Part shown: positions 42,341 through 53,019 of the stretch, piece by piece | How the letters are laid out: each line of letters opens with the position of its first letter | Position numbering within the stretch: the stretch's first letter is position 1 | NCBI GenBank assembly: GCA_963695185.1 | Contig: CAVOGH010000003.1 | Location: forward strand, 270,499 to 334,498 | From: an uncultured Gemmatimonadales bacterium | GTDB taxonomy: Bacteria > Gemmatimonadota > Gemmatimonadetes > Gemmatimonadales > GWC2-71-9 | Length of the DNA stretch: 64,000 nt | Direction: 5' to 3' | Program-made: the position numbers and the translations under genes | The notes under the pieces: model-generated | What the model was told of the DNA's origin: nothing | The model's input: only the letters and a program-made list of their open reading frames with translations | Databases searched by the model: none

Positions 42341-43377
42341 GGCCCGCCCGCGTCTCCCGCGAGCCAGGCGACGGCCACCGCCGGCGCGCAGTCCGAAACC
42401 AGCTCCCGCAGGCCGGCGGCGGCCGGGGTGAGGCTGGAAAACTCGCGGATCGGCCGGCCAAGCGACGAGGCTACGCGGGCCGCCACGAATCGCCCGGCCC
42501 CGGCGCTGATCACGGGGGCATCCGGCGGAACCATCGCCCGCCTCGCAACCTCTGACATGGCCGCCGCGATCTGTGCCGCCTGGCGACGGGCCAAGTCGCG
42601 CGCGAGGCCCACCCACACGCCGAGCGAGGCGGAGGCGGCGTCGCGACCGACCATGCGGGCCAGGCGCCGGGCGCTCGCCTCCGGGCTCTTGTCGCCGCCA
42701 TCGGCCGTGGAATGCAGATCGGCGCCGCCGGGAAGTTCCCCAGTCAGCCGATAGACGTCCGCCGCGGTGGCGAAGTACTCCGCCATGAGGGGAATCTCCA
42801 CATCCTCCACCCGTGCCGCCGGGGCCAGTGCCATGACCGGGGTGCGAACCACGCCGGTGTAGACCAGTTCGCGGCTGACCAGTCGTTCGGCGTCGGTGCT
42901 GCCCTGCGCCACGACCTTGCCCCCGAGAATGGCGATGACGTCGGTCGTCGTGCTGCCGATATCCACCAGCAGCGCCGCCGGCGTGTGGCGTGCCACCAGT
43001 TCCGCGCTCGCCCGCCAGTTGGCGGAGGCGATTTCGGCGGTCCGCGTCGCAATGGCCGCAGGCGGCACGAACCCACGCAGCCCGTAGTAACGGCACTCCG
43101 CTCCGGCGAGGAGTTCCCGCATTCGGCCGGCGATCCGCACGACCCCCTCGCCCCGATCGGGGAAGAGATCCACCATCTCGCCGGTCATCGTGACGGCATG
43201 CACCGGCGCCGAGCCGAGCCGCTCCCGCGCCTCCAGGATCCCGGCATCGAGATGCTCCATGCCCCGCCACAGCGGGCAGGGGAGCTGCACCACCCGCTCC
43301 ACCACACCTTCATGGTCGAGCCGTGCGGCCTTGATGTGGGCTCCGCCCAGGTCCCAGCCGATGACCGGGTCACGCAT
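42337..43377 (-). CDS. Hydantoinase-A-like 'H4MPT-linked C1 transfer pathway' protein
   Basis: ..VIGWDLGGAHIKAARL.., ..LLVDIGSTTTDVI.. and ..ELVYTGVVRTPV.. are ASKHA/hydantoinase_A-type motifs. ATG 43377 was chosen; it overlaps the upstream stop (ATGCGTGA). Confidence 0.7.
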   Translation of the reverse strand: MRDPVIGWDLGGAHIKAARLDHEGVVERVVQLPCPLWRGMEHLDAGILEARERLGSAPVHAVTMTGEMVDLFPDRGEGVVRIAGRMRELLAGAECRYYGLRGFVPPAAIATRTAEIASANWRASAELVARHTPAALLVDIGSTTTDVIAILGGKVVAQGSTDAERLVSRELVYTGVVRTPVMALAPAARVEDVEIPLMAEYFATAADVYRLTGELPGGADLHSTADGGDKSPEASARRLARMVGRDAASASLGVWVGLARDLARRQAAQIAAAMSEVARRAMVPPDAPVISAGAGRFVAARVASSLGRPIREFSSLTPAAAGLRELVSDCAPAVAVAWLAGDAGGP

Positions 43378-44368
43378 GGGCTGCGGCACCAAGCGTGACT
43401 TCGTGGGTCAGGGCGGTGCGCTCGGGCTGGGGCCGGGCATCGTCAGACCCATCCGCCTGGGCAAGCACCATCCCGGCCACGTTGATCCCCAGCGCGGGGC
43501 GGAGTCCGCAGTAGGAGGTGGTGAGCCGCGGATTCACTTCCAGCACCACCGGGCCGCCGCTGGTCATGATGTAGTCCACACCCACGTAGCCCCAGAGCCC
43601 GGGGATGGCCCGTGCCACCTCCTGCCCGAGTGCAGCGAGGCGCCCCCCGGCATCGGGGAGGGCGTTGACGAGCAGCCGTGTGAGGGTGGGCCGGTCGTCC
43701 GCAACGTGCATGACCTGACGGTTGGCCGCCAGCAACCGGGCCCCCGCCGCCGTACAGAGGAGTGACAGGCTGGCCGGTTCTCCCTCGATCCACGGCTGGG
43801 CCACACACTCCTTGCCGGAGCCGGCGATGGCCCGTTCCGCCGCCCACCAGTCGGTCACCAGCCGGATGCCCTCGCAGCCGGCACCGTCGTCCGGCTTGAC
43901 CACCCACCGCCCGGGCAGTGGCGGGGTCGAGTCGCCGGCTCCGAAGGTCGGCACTACCGCGACGCCGGCCCGGGCCAGCGCCTGGGAGGTGGCGCGCTTG
44001 CTGGCCGCCACCCGTACCGCGGCCGGACGGCAGCCCAGCAGGACCCGGTCCTGCAGCGCCACATGTTCCGCCAGGCGGACGAGAACGCCGCCGGTTTCCG
44101 GGGCGGTGGGCCAGACCGCGTCGGCCCACGCCACGCCGCGCGCGAAGAGGGCGTCGGGGCTCTCGGCTCCGCCGGGAAGGAGCGGCTCGGCACCGGGGAT
44201 CGGCGGGAGCCTGGGGTCTCTGCCACAGCGGACGCGGATTCCGGGGAGATCCAGCAGGTCGCCGACCAGGGCGCGGACCATCATGTCCGCCTCGTGCGTC
44301 AGCGACGGCGGGAGTGGCGCCCCCAGGAGTCCTCCCCCGGTCAGGTACTCGAAGACGAAGACTTTCAT
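43370..44368 (-). CDS. ATP-grasp enzyme of the H4MPT/MFR cofactor cluster
   Basis: ATG 44368 (MKVFVFEYLTGGG..) overlaps the upstream stop (ATGA). The C-terminal ..GLWGYVGVDYIMTSGGPVVLEVNPRLTTSY.. is an ATP-grasp signature. Confidence 0.7.
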   Translation of the reverse strand: MKVFVFEYLTGGGLLGAPLPPSLTHEADMMVRALVGDLLDLPGIRVRCGRDPRLPPIPGAEPLLPGGAESPDALFARGVAWADAVWPTAPETGGVLVRLAEHVALQDRVLLGCRPAAVRVAASKRATSQALARAGVAVVPTFGAGDSTPPLPGRWVVKPDDGAGCEGIRLVTDWWAAERAIAGSGKECVAQPWIEGEPASLSLLCTAAGARLLAANRQVMHVADDRPTLTRLLVNALPDAGGRLAALGQEVARAIPGLWGYVGVDYIMTSGGPVVLEVNPRLTTSYCGLRPALGINVAGMVLAQADGSDDARPQPERTALTHEVTLGAAAHA

Positions 44369-45504
44369 CCCTGGATCATCCGATGGAGTTCCTGTTCCCG
44401 CTCGCGAACCAGGCCGATGGCGTCCGCCGGGTGGTCGGCCTCGGCGTGCACGGTGCAGACCGGGTCGCCCGGCTGGATGGTCGTTCCCGGATTGGGAATG
44501 TCGCGACACCAGGAGGGGAAGGCGAACCCCGGCGCTGCCCGCCAGCCGGCCCCGGCGTGGACGATTCCCTGCGCCCGGGCCGGCCCGGTGCGGGCAGCCG
44601 GCGGCAAGGCAGCGCGGCAGGCCTCGATATGATGATGCAGCAGACCGTCGTCATAGTCGGGATCGTAGAGGTCCAGGGTGGCGGTCGGCCGCGGGTTGAG
44701 TTCGAGCACCGACCAACGCTCTCCATCAAGGAGAAAGTCGAGCCCGTTGAGTCCTGCGAGCCCGGTCCCGGCCACGAGCGCGTCGAGCCGGTCACCGATG
44801 TGCGCCGCGACGGGCACCGGAATGGGTACCCGCCCCACCGCGCCGCCGAAGAGGTAGGGCAGCCCCGCCCGGGCGCGGCTGGTCCACTGTTCGTTGAAGC
44901 CGAGGATCAGTGCCCGCCGGCCATCGGCGAGAAAGAGCGCTGACAGCGGCCGGCCGGGCTCCAGCCGCTGGAAGTAGTCTCCCCGGCGTGGCGGGCGCGA
45001 CCCCGCAGGCTGGACGTGGGTGCCCCCCGCCCCGCCGCCGTGCTTGACCAGCCACCCCTCGGGCGACGAGGGGGGATCGAGACGGACCTCGGGATGAGGA
45101 ATGGCGAGTCCATCCAGCAGGGGAAAGAAGCGGCGCGGGTCCTTCACGGAGCCGACTACCGCCGGTGGATTGCCCAGGATTTCATGCTGTTGCGCCAGCC
45201 GGGAGAGCAGGCCGGGACGGGCTTCGAAGCCGGAGCCGTAGACCAGCGGGGCCGCCGGGGCCAGCTCGGCCGCGGCATCGAGCAGGGCCCGGCGGTCGAG
45301 GCGGAGCGACCCCGGGGCGGCCACCGTGCGCCACTGGTGCGCCGCGGCCCGGGTATCCCGGTCGGCGAAGCAGTCGAGCACGGTGGCACGATATCCGCCG
45401 CGGCGGGCCGATTGCGCCAGGGCCCGGCCGGAGACGGCCGCAACGAGCAGCGGCGGAGCGTCGGCGCGGGAGATCGGACGCGCCATCGCGGTGTAATTAT
45501 GCAT
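44365..45504 (-). CDS. ATP-grasp (COG2232-like carboligase) protein of the H4MPT/MFR cofactor cluster
   Basis: ..GLAGLNGLDFLLDGERWSVLELNPRPTATLDLY.. is an ATP-grasp C-terminal motif. Divergent from fhcB. Confidence 0.65.
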   Translation of the reverse strand: MHNYTAMARPISRADAPPLLVAAVSGRALAQSARRGGYRATVLDCFADRDTRAAAHQWRTVAAPGSLRLDRRALLDAAAELAPAAPLVYGSGFEARPGLLSRLAQQHEILGNPPAVVGSVKDPRRFFPLLDGLAIPHPEVRLDPPSSPEGWLVKHGGGAGGTHVQPAGSRPPRRGDYFQRLEPGRPLSALFLADGRRALILGFNEQWTSRARAGLPYLFGGAVGRVPIPVPVAAHIGDRLDALVAGTGLAGLNGLDFLLDGERWSVLELNPRPTATLDLYDPDYDDGLLHHHIEACRAALPPAARTGPARAQGIVHAGAGWRAAPGFAFPSWCRDIPNPGTTIQPGDPVCTVHAEADHPADAIGLVREREQELHRMIQG

Positions 45505-45539
45505 TGATGGATGGTAGCAGCTATAATGTCCTTCAGACC

Positions 45540-46811
45540 ATGCCCGCGTCCTCCAAACCCCAAGCAGATGTGCTGAACGTCGCCTGTCCCTTCTGCGGAC
45601 TGGTGTGCGACGACCTCACCGTGCGACTGGGCGATCCACTCGAAGTGCGGGCCAACGGCTGCCCCATCGCCGGGCCGGCCTTTGGGCGCGCGCCGGGTGA
45701 CGCCACCCCACGCATCGCGGGCAAGCCGGCCACCCTGGACGCGGCCGTGGCCGAGGCGGCGCGACTGCTGGGCTCGGCGCGGCTGCCGCTGGTCGCGGGG
45801 CTGGCCACCGACGTGGCGGGCGCCCGGGCGGCGGGCCGGCTGGCCGATCGGACCGGCGGCGTGCTGGATCACATGAATGCCACCGCCATGCTGCGCAACG
45901 TCATGGTGCTGCAGGACTCCGGCTGGATCACCACTACCCTCTCCGAAGTGCGCAACCGGGCCGACCTGCTCATCGTGGCCGGCGGAGACCTGGTCAGCCG
46001 CTTCCCGCGGTTCTTCGAGCGCTGCATCGCAAACGAGGAGACCCTTTTCGACGGCAAACGGCGGTGTGAAGTGGTCTTTCTCGGATCCCCGGTCCCGGCG
46101 GGGCTCGACCTACCCGGGCCGGTGCGGTCGGTCAGTTGTGAGGTGTCCCGGCTGGGGGAGGCCTTCGGGGTGATGCGCGCCCTGCTGGCGGGCCAGCGGC
46201 TCGGCGCGGAGCAGGCGGCGGGTGCGCCGCTGGCGACCTGGCAGGCGCTGGCCGACCGGATGCGGGCGGCTCGCTACGGCGTGGTGGCGTGGGCGGCCGC
46301 CGATTTTGACTTCCCGCACGCGGAACTGACCATCCAGACGGTGTGCGAGCTGATCCGCGACCTGAACCGGGACACCCGCTTCGCCGGCCTGCCGCTGGGA
46401 GGGAGCGAAGGGGACATCACCAGCGACAGCGTCCACGTCTGGCAGACCGGGTACGGCTCGCGCACCTCGTTCGGGGCCGGCTACCCGACGCAGGACCTGT
46501 ATCACCACGCTGCCGCCGGCCTGCTGGAATCCGGCGCCGCCGACGCGATGCTCTGGATCTCCAGCTTCAACGAGACCCGCACCCCGCCGGACGCCGCGAT
46601 CCCGGTGATCGTGCTCGGCCGGACCGGCATGCGCTTCGGGCGGGAGCCCGCGGTGTTCATCCCGGTGGGCACGCCGGGTGTGGACCACGCCGGCCATCTC
46701 TTCCGCACCGACCGGGTGGTGGCCCTGCCGCTCGGCCAGCTCAGGAACTCGGATCTGCCGAGCGTGGCCCAGGTGATCGAGGCCATCGAAGCCGCGCTCG
46801 GGGAGGCCTGA
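45540..46811 (+). CDS. fhcB: Formyltransferase/hydrolase complex subunit B (FmdB/FwdB homologue lacking the active-site Cys)
   Basis: ATG 45540 (ATG 45507 is an alternative). N-terminal CPFCGLVCDD Fe-S-like motif. The position equivalent to the ..TSVCHG.. of the paralogue at 49958 reads ..LDHMNATAM.. with no Cys-His. Confidence 0.8.
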   Translation: MPASSKPQADVLNVACPFCGLVCDDLTVRLGDPLEVRANGCPIAGPAFGRAPGDATPRIAGKPATLDAAVAEAARLLGSARLPLVAGLATDVAGARAAGRLADRTGGVLDHMNATAMLRNVMVLQDSGWITTTLSEVRNRADLLIVAGGDLVSRFPRFFERCIANEETLFDGKRRCEVVFLGSPVPAGLDLPGPVRSVSCEVSRLGEAFGVMRALLAGQRLGAEQAAGAPLATWQALADRMRAARYGVVAWAAADFDFPHAELTIQTVCELIRDLNRDTRFAGLPLGGSEGDITSDSVHVWQTGYGSRTSFGAGYPTQDLYHHAAAGLLESGAADAMLWISSFNETRTPPDAAIPVIVLGRTGMRFGREPAVFIPVGTPGVDHAGHLFRTDRVVALPLGQLRNSDLPSVAQVIEAIEAALGEA

Positions 46812-46814
46812 CCG

Positions 46815-48485
46815 ATGCTCCTCAAGCTGGCGGGCGGGCGGGTCTATGATCCGGCGCACGGCGTGGACGGCACGGTGCGTGACGTCTACATCCGGGACGG
46901 GAAGATCGCCCCCGCGCCGGCGGGCGACGAGCGGATTGACCGGGTCTATGATCTGTCCGGCCGGGTGGTCATGGCGGGGGCGATCGACATGCACACCCAC
47001 ATCGGCGGCGGCAAGCTGAACATCGCCCGGGCGATGCTGCCGGAGGATCACCGGGGCGACCCGGTGGCGCGCACGGCCCTGACCCGGTCCTCTTCCGGCC
47101 GGGCGGCACCGGGGACCTTCGCCACCGGCTACCGCTACGCCGAGATGGGGTACACCGCCTGTTTCGAGCCGGCCATCCTGCCCATCAACGCCCGCCAGGC
47201 CCACCTCGAGATGGGTGACACGCCGATGGTGGACAAGGGCGGGTATGTCATGCTGGGGAGCGATGACTTCCTGCTGCGGATGATGGCGGCGGGCGAGGAC
47301 CAGCAGCGCATCAATGACTATGTGGCGTGGACCCTCAACGCCACGCGCTGTATCGGCATCAAGGTGGTGAACCCCGGCGGGATCAGCGCGTTCAAGTTCA
47401 ACCGGCGCATGCTGGACCTGGACGAGCCCAATCCCCATTACGGCGTGCGGCCGAGGGACATTCTCCGGGTCCTGAGCCGGGCGGTGTACGAACTCGGGGT
47501 GCCGCACCCGCTGCACGTGCACGGCAGCAATCTCGGCGTCCCCGGCAATGTGGAATCGACCCTCGGCACCATCCGGGCCGCAGAGGGGCTGCCGATTCAC
47601 CTGACCCACATCCAGTTCCATTCCTATGGGACCGAGGGAGACCGCAAGTTTTCCTCGGCCGCGACCCGCATCACCGAGGCGATCAACGGCACCCCCAACG
47701 CCACCTGTGACGTGGGGCAGATCCTCTTTGGCCAGACGGTGACCGCCTCGGGCGACAGCATGGCCCAGCACCGCCAGGCCGCGCATGCCAGCCCGCGGAA
47801 GTCGGTGATCATGGACATCGAGTGCGATGCCGGCTGCGGCGTGCTGCCGTTCCGGTACCGCGACACGAACTTCGTGAACGCCCTCCAGTGGGCCATCGGC
47901 CTGGAGATCTTCCTGCTGGCCAGCGACCCCTGGCGGGTCTTCCTGACGACTGACCACCCCAACGGGGCGCCGTTCACTACCTATCCCCACCTGATCCGGC
48001 TGCTGATGGACCGGACCTTCCGGAACGACCGGCTGGCCCAGCTCAATCCCGAGGCCCGGGCCATGACCACGCTGGGGAGCATCGACCGCGAGTACTCGCT
48101 GTACGAGATCGCCACTCTTACCCGGGCCGCCCCGGCGCGGCTGCTGGGGCTGGCCGACCTGGGGCACCTGGGTCCGGGCGCCGACGCCGACGTCACGGTG
48201 TACCGGGAGGACCCGGACCGGGAGCGGATGTTCACGACGCCGGAGTATGTCTTCAAGGCGGGCGAGCCGGTGGTGCGGGACGGCAAGATCATCAAGGTGA
48301 CCTGGGGCCGCTATCACACGGTGCAGCCGGCGTACGACCGTGGCATCGAGCGGCGGCTGCAGCAGTATTTCGCCCGCTACCAGACGGTCCGGGCCGAGCA
48401 CCTAGTGATTTCGGACGAGGAGATGCACAGCTTCGGCCACGGCGGCGCGGTACTCGTCCATCCCTGCCGGGGAGGCCGGCGATGA
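46815..48485 (+). CDS. fhcA: Formyltransferase/hydrolase complex subunit A (FwdA-type amidohydrolase)
   Basis: ..GRVVMAGAIDMHTHIGGGK.., ..HPLHVHGSNLGVPGN.., ..HLTHIQFHSYG.. and ..TTDHPNGAPF.. are FwdA/FhcA motifs. The frame is intact. Confidence 0.9.
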   Translation: MLLKLAGGRVYDPAHGVDGTVRDVYIRDGKIAPAPAGDERIDRVYDLSGRVVMAGAIDMHTHIGGGKLNIARAMLPEDHRGDPVARTALTRSSSGRAAPGTFATGYRYAEMGYTACFEPAILPINARQAHLEMGDTPMVDKGGYVMLGSDDFLLRMMAAGEDQQRINDYVAWTLNATRCIGIKVVNPGGISAFKFNRRMLDLDEPNPHYGVRPRDILRVLSRAVYELGVPHPLHVHGSNLGVPGNVESTLGTIRAAEGLPIHLTHIQFHSYGTEGDRKFSSAATRITEAINGTPNATCDVGQILFGQTVTASGDSMAQHRQAAHASPRKSVIMDIECDAGCGVLPFRYRDTNFVNALQWAIGLEIFLLASDPWRVFLTTDHPNGAPFTTYPHLIRLLMDRTFRNDRLAQLNPEARAMTTLGSIDREYSLYEIATLTRAAPARLLGLADLGHLGPGADADVTVYREDPDRERMFTTPEYVFKAGEPVVRDGKIIKVTWGRYHTVQPAYDRGIERRLQQYFARYQTVRAEHLVISDEEMHSFGHGGAVLVHPCRGGRR

Positions 48486-49392
48486 TCCTCAACGGCGTGA
48501 CGATCGACGACGCGTTCGCGGAGGCCTTCGCGATGAAGGCCACGCGCATCCTGATTACGGCCCACAACCTGGAATGGGCGTACCACGCGGCGAACGCCGC
48601 CACCGGGTTTGCCACGTCGGTCATCGCCTGCGGCTGCGAAGCCGGGCATCGAGCGCGAGCTGGGCCCCGACGAGACCCCCGACGGGCGGCCCGGGGTGTC
48701 GGCGCTGCTGTTTGCCGTCTCCACCAAGGAGCTGACCAAGCAGCTCACCCGCAGGGTCGGCCAGTGCGTGCTGACCTCGCCGACCAGCGCGGTGTTCTCC
48801 GGCATCGAGAAGGGGGAGCGGCTGCCCCTCGGGAAGCACCTGCGCTACTACGGCGACGGTTTCCAGACGTCCAAGGTGATCGGCGGGCGGCGGTACTGGC
48901 GCATTCCGGTGATGGATGGCGACTTCCTGATCGAGGACATGACCACGATGGTCAGCGGCGTGGGTGGCGGCAATTTCCTGGTGCTGGCGGAGTCGCAGGA
49001 GCAGGCGCTGCGGGCCTGTGAGGCATCGGTCCGGGTGATGCGGCAACTGCCGAATATCATCCTGCCCTTCCCCGGAGGGGTGGTCCGCTCCGGATCCAAG
49101 ATCGGCTCCAAGTATGCGGGGCTGCAGTGCGTCGACCAACGACGCCTTCTGTCCCACGATCAGAGGTGTCACCGCCTCGCAGCTTACCCCGGAGATCGAG
49201 GCGGTGATGGAGATCGTCATCGATGGGCTGACCGCCGCGGACGTCGCCGGGGCCATGCGCGTCGGGGTCCAGGCGGTCGTCGACATGGGCGCGGCCTGCG
49301 GCATCCGGCGGATCAGCGCGGGGGACTATGGCGGCAAGCTGGGCAGGCATCATTTCCGGCTGCATGAGATCATGGCCGGCGCGCGCGGGTGA
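48482..49392 (+). CDS. fhcD: Formylmethanofuran:H4MPT formyltransferase (Ftr/FhcD), copy 1, two frameshifts in this assembly
   Basis: Three successive frames: MILNGVTIDDAFAEAFAMKATRILITA..TGFATSVIACGCEAG | IERELGPDETPDGRPGVSALLF..PFPGGVVRSGSKIGSKYAGLQ | ASTNDAFCPTIRGV..GDYGGKLG. The first shift is an extra G in the 48644-48646 run. The second is near 49118-49122. Confidence 0.85.
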
Positions 49393-49582
49393 CGGGCGGC
49401 GGCACCCCCGGGACGCGCCTCGCGTGGGGGCGGGCGGGCCGGGACAACGCAGGGGACATCGCCGCCGGCGGTCCCTCTTGCTAAGACCCCCGCTGACGTG
49501 TAGGTAACAAGGACTGACGGGCAGTCCGGGGCTCGAGGCAGCACCTTCCCTTGTTCACTCTTTTCGGTTGCGTCGTGCTCCC

Positions 49583-49930
49583 ATGGCTGAGAAGATGATG
49601 CTGATCGGCGGTCGCTCCACCAAACAGGGCACAGCCCTGTGCGCCGGCAAGCTCGAGGCTGAATACCTTGATGTGTCCTCGACGGTGGAAATGAACGTCG
49701 AGGACATGGCGCGTCTGGGCCTTCAGAATGACAGCAAGGTGCGGCTCACGACCCCGGTCGGGGAGGCCGTGCTGCGCTGCAAGGGCCGGGAAACCAAGGA
49801 CCTGCCGAAAGGCCTCCTGTTCATGGCCTACGGACCACACTCGAGCCGGCTGATGGCCGGGGACACCGCCGGCAGCGGCATGCCGCTGTCGAAGAACCTG
49901 GACGTCGAGGTGGAGCCGATCCGGGAGTAG
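49583..49930 (+). CDS. fwdD: Formylmethanofuran dehydrogenase subunit D (molybdopterin-dinucleotide-binding beta-barrel)
   Basis: ATG 49583. ..MMLIGGRSTKQGTA..VEMNVEDMARLGLQNDSKVRLTTPVGEAVLRCK..GLLFMAYGP.. is typical of FwdD/FmdD. Confidence 0.8.
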   Translation: MAEKMMLIGGRSTKQGTALCAGKLEAEYLDVSSTVEMNVEDMARLGLQNDSKVRLTTPVGEAVLRCKGRETKDLPKGLLFMAYGPHSSRLMAGDTAGSGMPLSKNLDVEVEPIRE

Positions 49931-49957
49931 GGCGCACCACTTGAGGAGGGCGACATC

Positions 49958-51304
49958 ATGAGCGACGACCACATCAAGGTCATCCCGAACGCCACCTGCA
50001 CCTTCTGTGGCTGCGTCTGCGATGACATGATCCTCACCGTCGACACGCATGAGCACCGGATCACCAAGTCGCAGAACGCCTGCGTCCTCGGCAAGGCGTG
50101 GTTCAAGGAGCACGCCATCGAGGAGCGCCCGTTCGCCCTGGTCGGCGGCCGGGAGGCGAGCACCGAGGAAGGCATCGAGGAGGCGGCCCAGATCCTGGCC
50201 AATGCGCGCTTTCCGATCATCTACGGGCTCTCGGACACGACCTGCGAGGCACAGCGTGTGGCGGTGTCCATCGCGGACATGATCGGCGGCAACATCGACA
50301 CCACGACGTCGGTCTGCCACGGCCCATCGGGGATCGCGTTCCAGGGGGTGGGGGAGAGCACCGCCACCCTGGGCGAGATCAAGAACCGGGCGGACCTGGT
50401 CATCTTCTGGGGCGGCAACCCGGCGGAGGCGCATCCGCGGCTGTTCACCCGGTATGCGGTGACCGCCAAGGGCATCAACATCCCCAACGGCCGGAAGGAC
50501 CGGACCGTCGTCCTGGTGGATGTGCGGCGCACCGCCAGCACGCCGGTGGCGGACATCTTCCTGCAGGTGAAGCCGCGTTCCGACTTCGAGGTCCTGTGGG
50601 CGCTGCGGGCGCTGGTCAAGGGGCAGAAGGTCGATGCGTCCATCGAAGAGCGGACCGGCATCTCCCTGGCCGTTCTGGAGGACCTGGTCGACCGGATGAA
50701 GCGCTGCCAGTTCGGGGCCTTCCTGTTCGGCATGGGGCTCACGATGAACCGCGGCCGGCACTTCAACGCCGGCGCGTTGCTGGCGCTCGCCACCGACCTC
50801 AACGAGTTCACCCACTTCGTCGCCGCGCCGGTGCGCGGCCACGGCAACGTGACCGGCGCGGACAACGTGGTCTCGTGGCAGACGGGCTACCCGTTCGGCG
50901 TGAATTTCAGCCGCGGCTTCCCGCGCTTCGGTCCCGGGGAGTTCACCACGGTGGACGTGCTCGCCCGGGGCGATGCCGACGCGGCGATGATCATCGCGAG
51001 CGACCCCGCCTCCAACTTCCCCCAGGCGGCGATCGAGCACCTCAAGCGGATCCCGGTCATCACGCTCGACCCCAAGACCACGATCACCAGCCAGCTCGCC
51101 CGGGTGGCCTTCACCACCGCGACCTACGGCATCAACACGCCCGGCACGGTCTACCGCATGGACAACGTGCCGATCACGCTGCGCCCCGCGTTCGACTCGC
51201 CCTACCCCAGCGACGAGGAGATCCTGACCGGCATCCGCACCCGGGTGCACGAGCTGCTTGGCGGCAACCGGCTGCCCGTGGACACTTCGGCCGCGCTGCA
51301 GTAG
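49958..51304 (+). CDS. fwdB: Formylmethanofuran dehydrogenase subunit B with conserved Cys-His active-site pair
   Basis: [11 protein letters not shown]-terminal CTFCGCVCDD. ..IDTTTSVCHGPSG.. with Cys120 (nt 50315-50317) in the xCHG context of Mo/W bis-PGD formate-dehydrogenase-type enzymes. The frame is intact. Confidence 0.85.
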   Translation: MSDDHIKVIPNATCTFCGCVCDDMILTVDTHEHRITKSQNACVLGKAWFKEHAIEERPFALVGGREASTEEGIEEAAQILANARFPIIYGLSDTTCEAQRVAVSIADMIGGNIDTTTSVCHGPSGIAFQGVGESTATLGEIKNRADLVIFWGGNPAEAHPRLFTRYAVTAKGINIPNGRKDRTVVLVDVRRTASTPVADIFLQVKPRSDFEVLWALRALVKGQKVDASIEERTGISLAVLEDLVDRMKRCQFGAFLFGMGLTMNRGRHFNAGALLALATDLNEFTHFVAAPVRGHGNVTGADNVVSWQTGYPFGVNFSRGFPRFGPGEFTTVDVLARGDADAAMIIASDPASNFPQAAIEHLKRIPVITLDPKTTITSQLARVAFTTATYGINTPGTVYRMDNVPITLRPAFDSPYPSDEEILTGIRTRVHELLGGNRLPVDTSAALQ

Positions 51305-51329
51305 ATCCACGCCGCCGGGAGAACCGCTC

Positions 51330-53016
51330 ATGGCCCCGATGCTGCGCATCGTCAACGGCAGAGTGTACGACCCGGCCAACGGGCTCGACGGCGAGGTGCA
51401 GGACATCTGCATCCGGGACGGCCGCATCGTCGCCGACGTGCCGCCCGACGCCCGGACAATCGACGCCCGCGGGATGGTCGTGATGCCGGGGGGCGTCGAC
51501 ATCCACTGCCACATCGCCGGCTCGAAGGTCAACCTCGCCCGCAAGCTGCAGCCGGACGACCATCGCCGTGACCCGCACCTGCGCACCCGGTTCACCCGGT
51601 CGGGGACGGGCGGCACCGTGCCGTCCACCTTTGCCACCGGGTACCGCTACGCGGCCCTCGGCTACACCACGGCGATGGAAGCCGCGATTTCGCCGCTGGG
51701 CGCCCGGCACACGCTGGAAGAGTTTCACGATACGCCGGTCATCGACAAGGGATTCTTCATCCTGATGGGCAACAACGTGCTGCTCTACCGGCTGCTCCAG
51801 GAGGGCCGGCACGAGGAGTTCCGCCACGCGCTGGCCTGGTGGCTCAGTGCCACGAAGGCCTACGCCCCCAAGCTGGTGAACCCGGGGTCGGATGAACTCT
51901 GGAAGGGCCAGCGCAACGCCAACATCGCGCTGCTGGACGACAAGATCGGCCCGTTCGACCTCACGCCGAGAAAGGTGATCGACGCCTTCATCGGGACCGC
52001 CAACGACCTGGGCCTCCCCCACCCGGTGCACATCCACTGCAACAACCTGGGCCACACCGGGAACTACGACGACCACCCTCGAGACGATGAAGATCGCCGG
52101 CGACCGGCGGGCCCACATCACCCATATCCAGTTCCACAGCTACGGATCGGTGGCCGGGAAGAGCGGCGACAACCCGACCTCCCGGGCGCGCGACATCTCC
52201 GAGTACGTCAACACCCACCCCAACATCAGCGCCGACGTCGGCGCCGTGATGTTCGGCCGCTCCACCAGCATGACGGCCGACGCGCCGCTGGCCTATATGC
52301 TCCGCCGTTTCGGGGGCGGGAGGTGGGTGAGCGCCGACACCGAGCATGAGAGCGGCTGCGGCATCGTGCCGTTCACGTACCAGGATCACGTCTATACCAA
52401 CGCGCTCCAGTGGGCGATCGGCCTGGAGCTGTTCCTGCTGTCGGAAGACCCCTGGCGGATGGTGTTTTCCACCGACCACCCCAACGGCGGGTCCTTCATG
52501 AGCTATCCGAAGCTCATCCGGCTGCTGATGGACCGCGAATTCCGCAAGGAGGAGATGGCCAAGGTGAACCAGTCGGCGATCGAGCACAGCGGGCTGCGCG
52601 ACTGCCAGGAGCGCGAGTACTCCCTGTTCGAGATCGCGATCATCACCCGCGCCGGCCCGGCCCGACTCCTGGGCCTCACCGCGAAGGGCCACCTCGGCGT
52701 GGGGGCCGATGCCGACATCACGATCTATGAGGACGACGCGGACAAGGAGAAGATGTTCTCCGCCCCGCGGTACGTGATCAAGGACGGCGAACTCATCATC
52801 GAGGACCACGAGTTCCGCGTGGACCACCTGGGCCGCGTCCTGCACGTCGCGCCGGACTACGACCAGGGCATCGAGCAGGTGATTCAGCCCTTCTTCGAGG
52901 ACTACTACACCATCCAGTTCGAGAACTACCCGGTCGACCCCAGCTACCTGCATCACCACCAGACCATCCCCACCACGTTGCAGGCGGCCGCGACCGCCCC
53001 GTCGGCCGGCGCCTAG
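51330..53016 (+). CDS. fwdA: Formylmethanofuran dehydrogenase subunit A, copy 2, one frameshift in this assembly
   Basis: MAPMLRIVNGRVYDP..GGVDIHCHIAGSK..HPVHIHCNNLGHTGNYD | (T)TLETMKIAGDRRAHITHIQFHSYG..TDHPNGGSF... A single extra nt near 52068-52072 separates the 51258 and 52087 track frames. Confidence 0.85.
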
Positions 53017-53019
53017 GCC

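Noticed and set aside
45165-45539. N-terminal extensions offered by the ORF track, in four groups: fhcB from 45165; the EthD lipoprotein from 56235; the PQQ dehydrogenase from 20923; the 126, 7748, 14380, 43370-44509 and 38899-39453 starts
   Set aside because: The extensions overlap neighbouring genes or repeats and are Arg/Pro-rich. In each case an internal start gives a canonical N-terminus (signal peptide, lipobox, Rossmann or PHP motif), often with an RBS or start/stop overlap.
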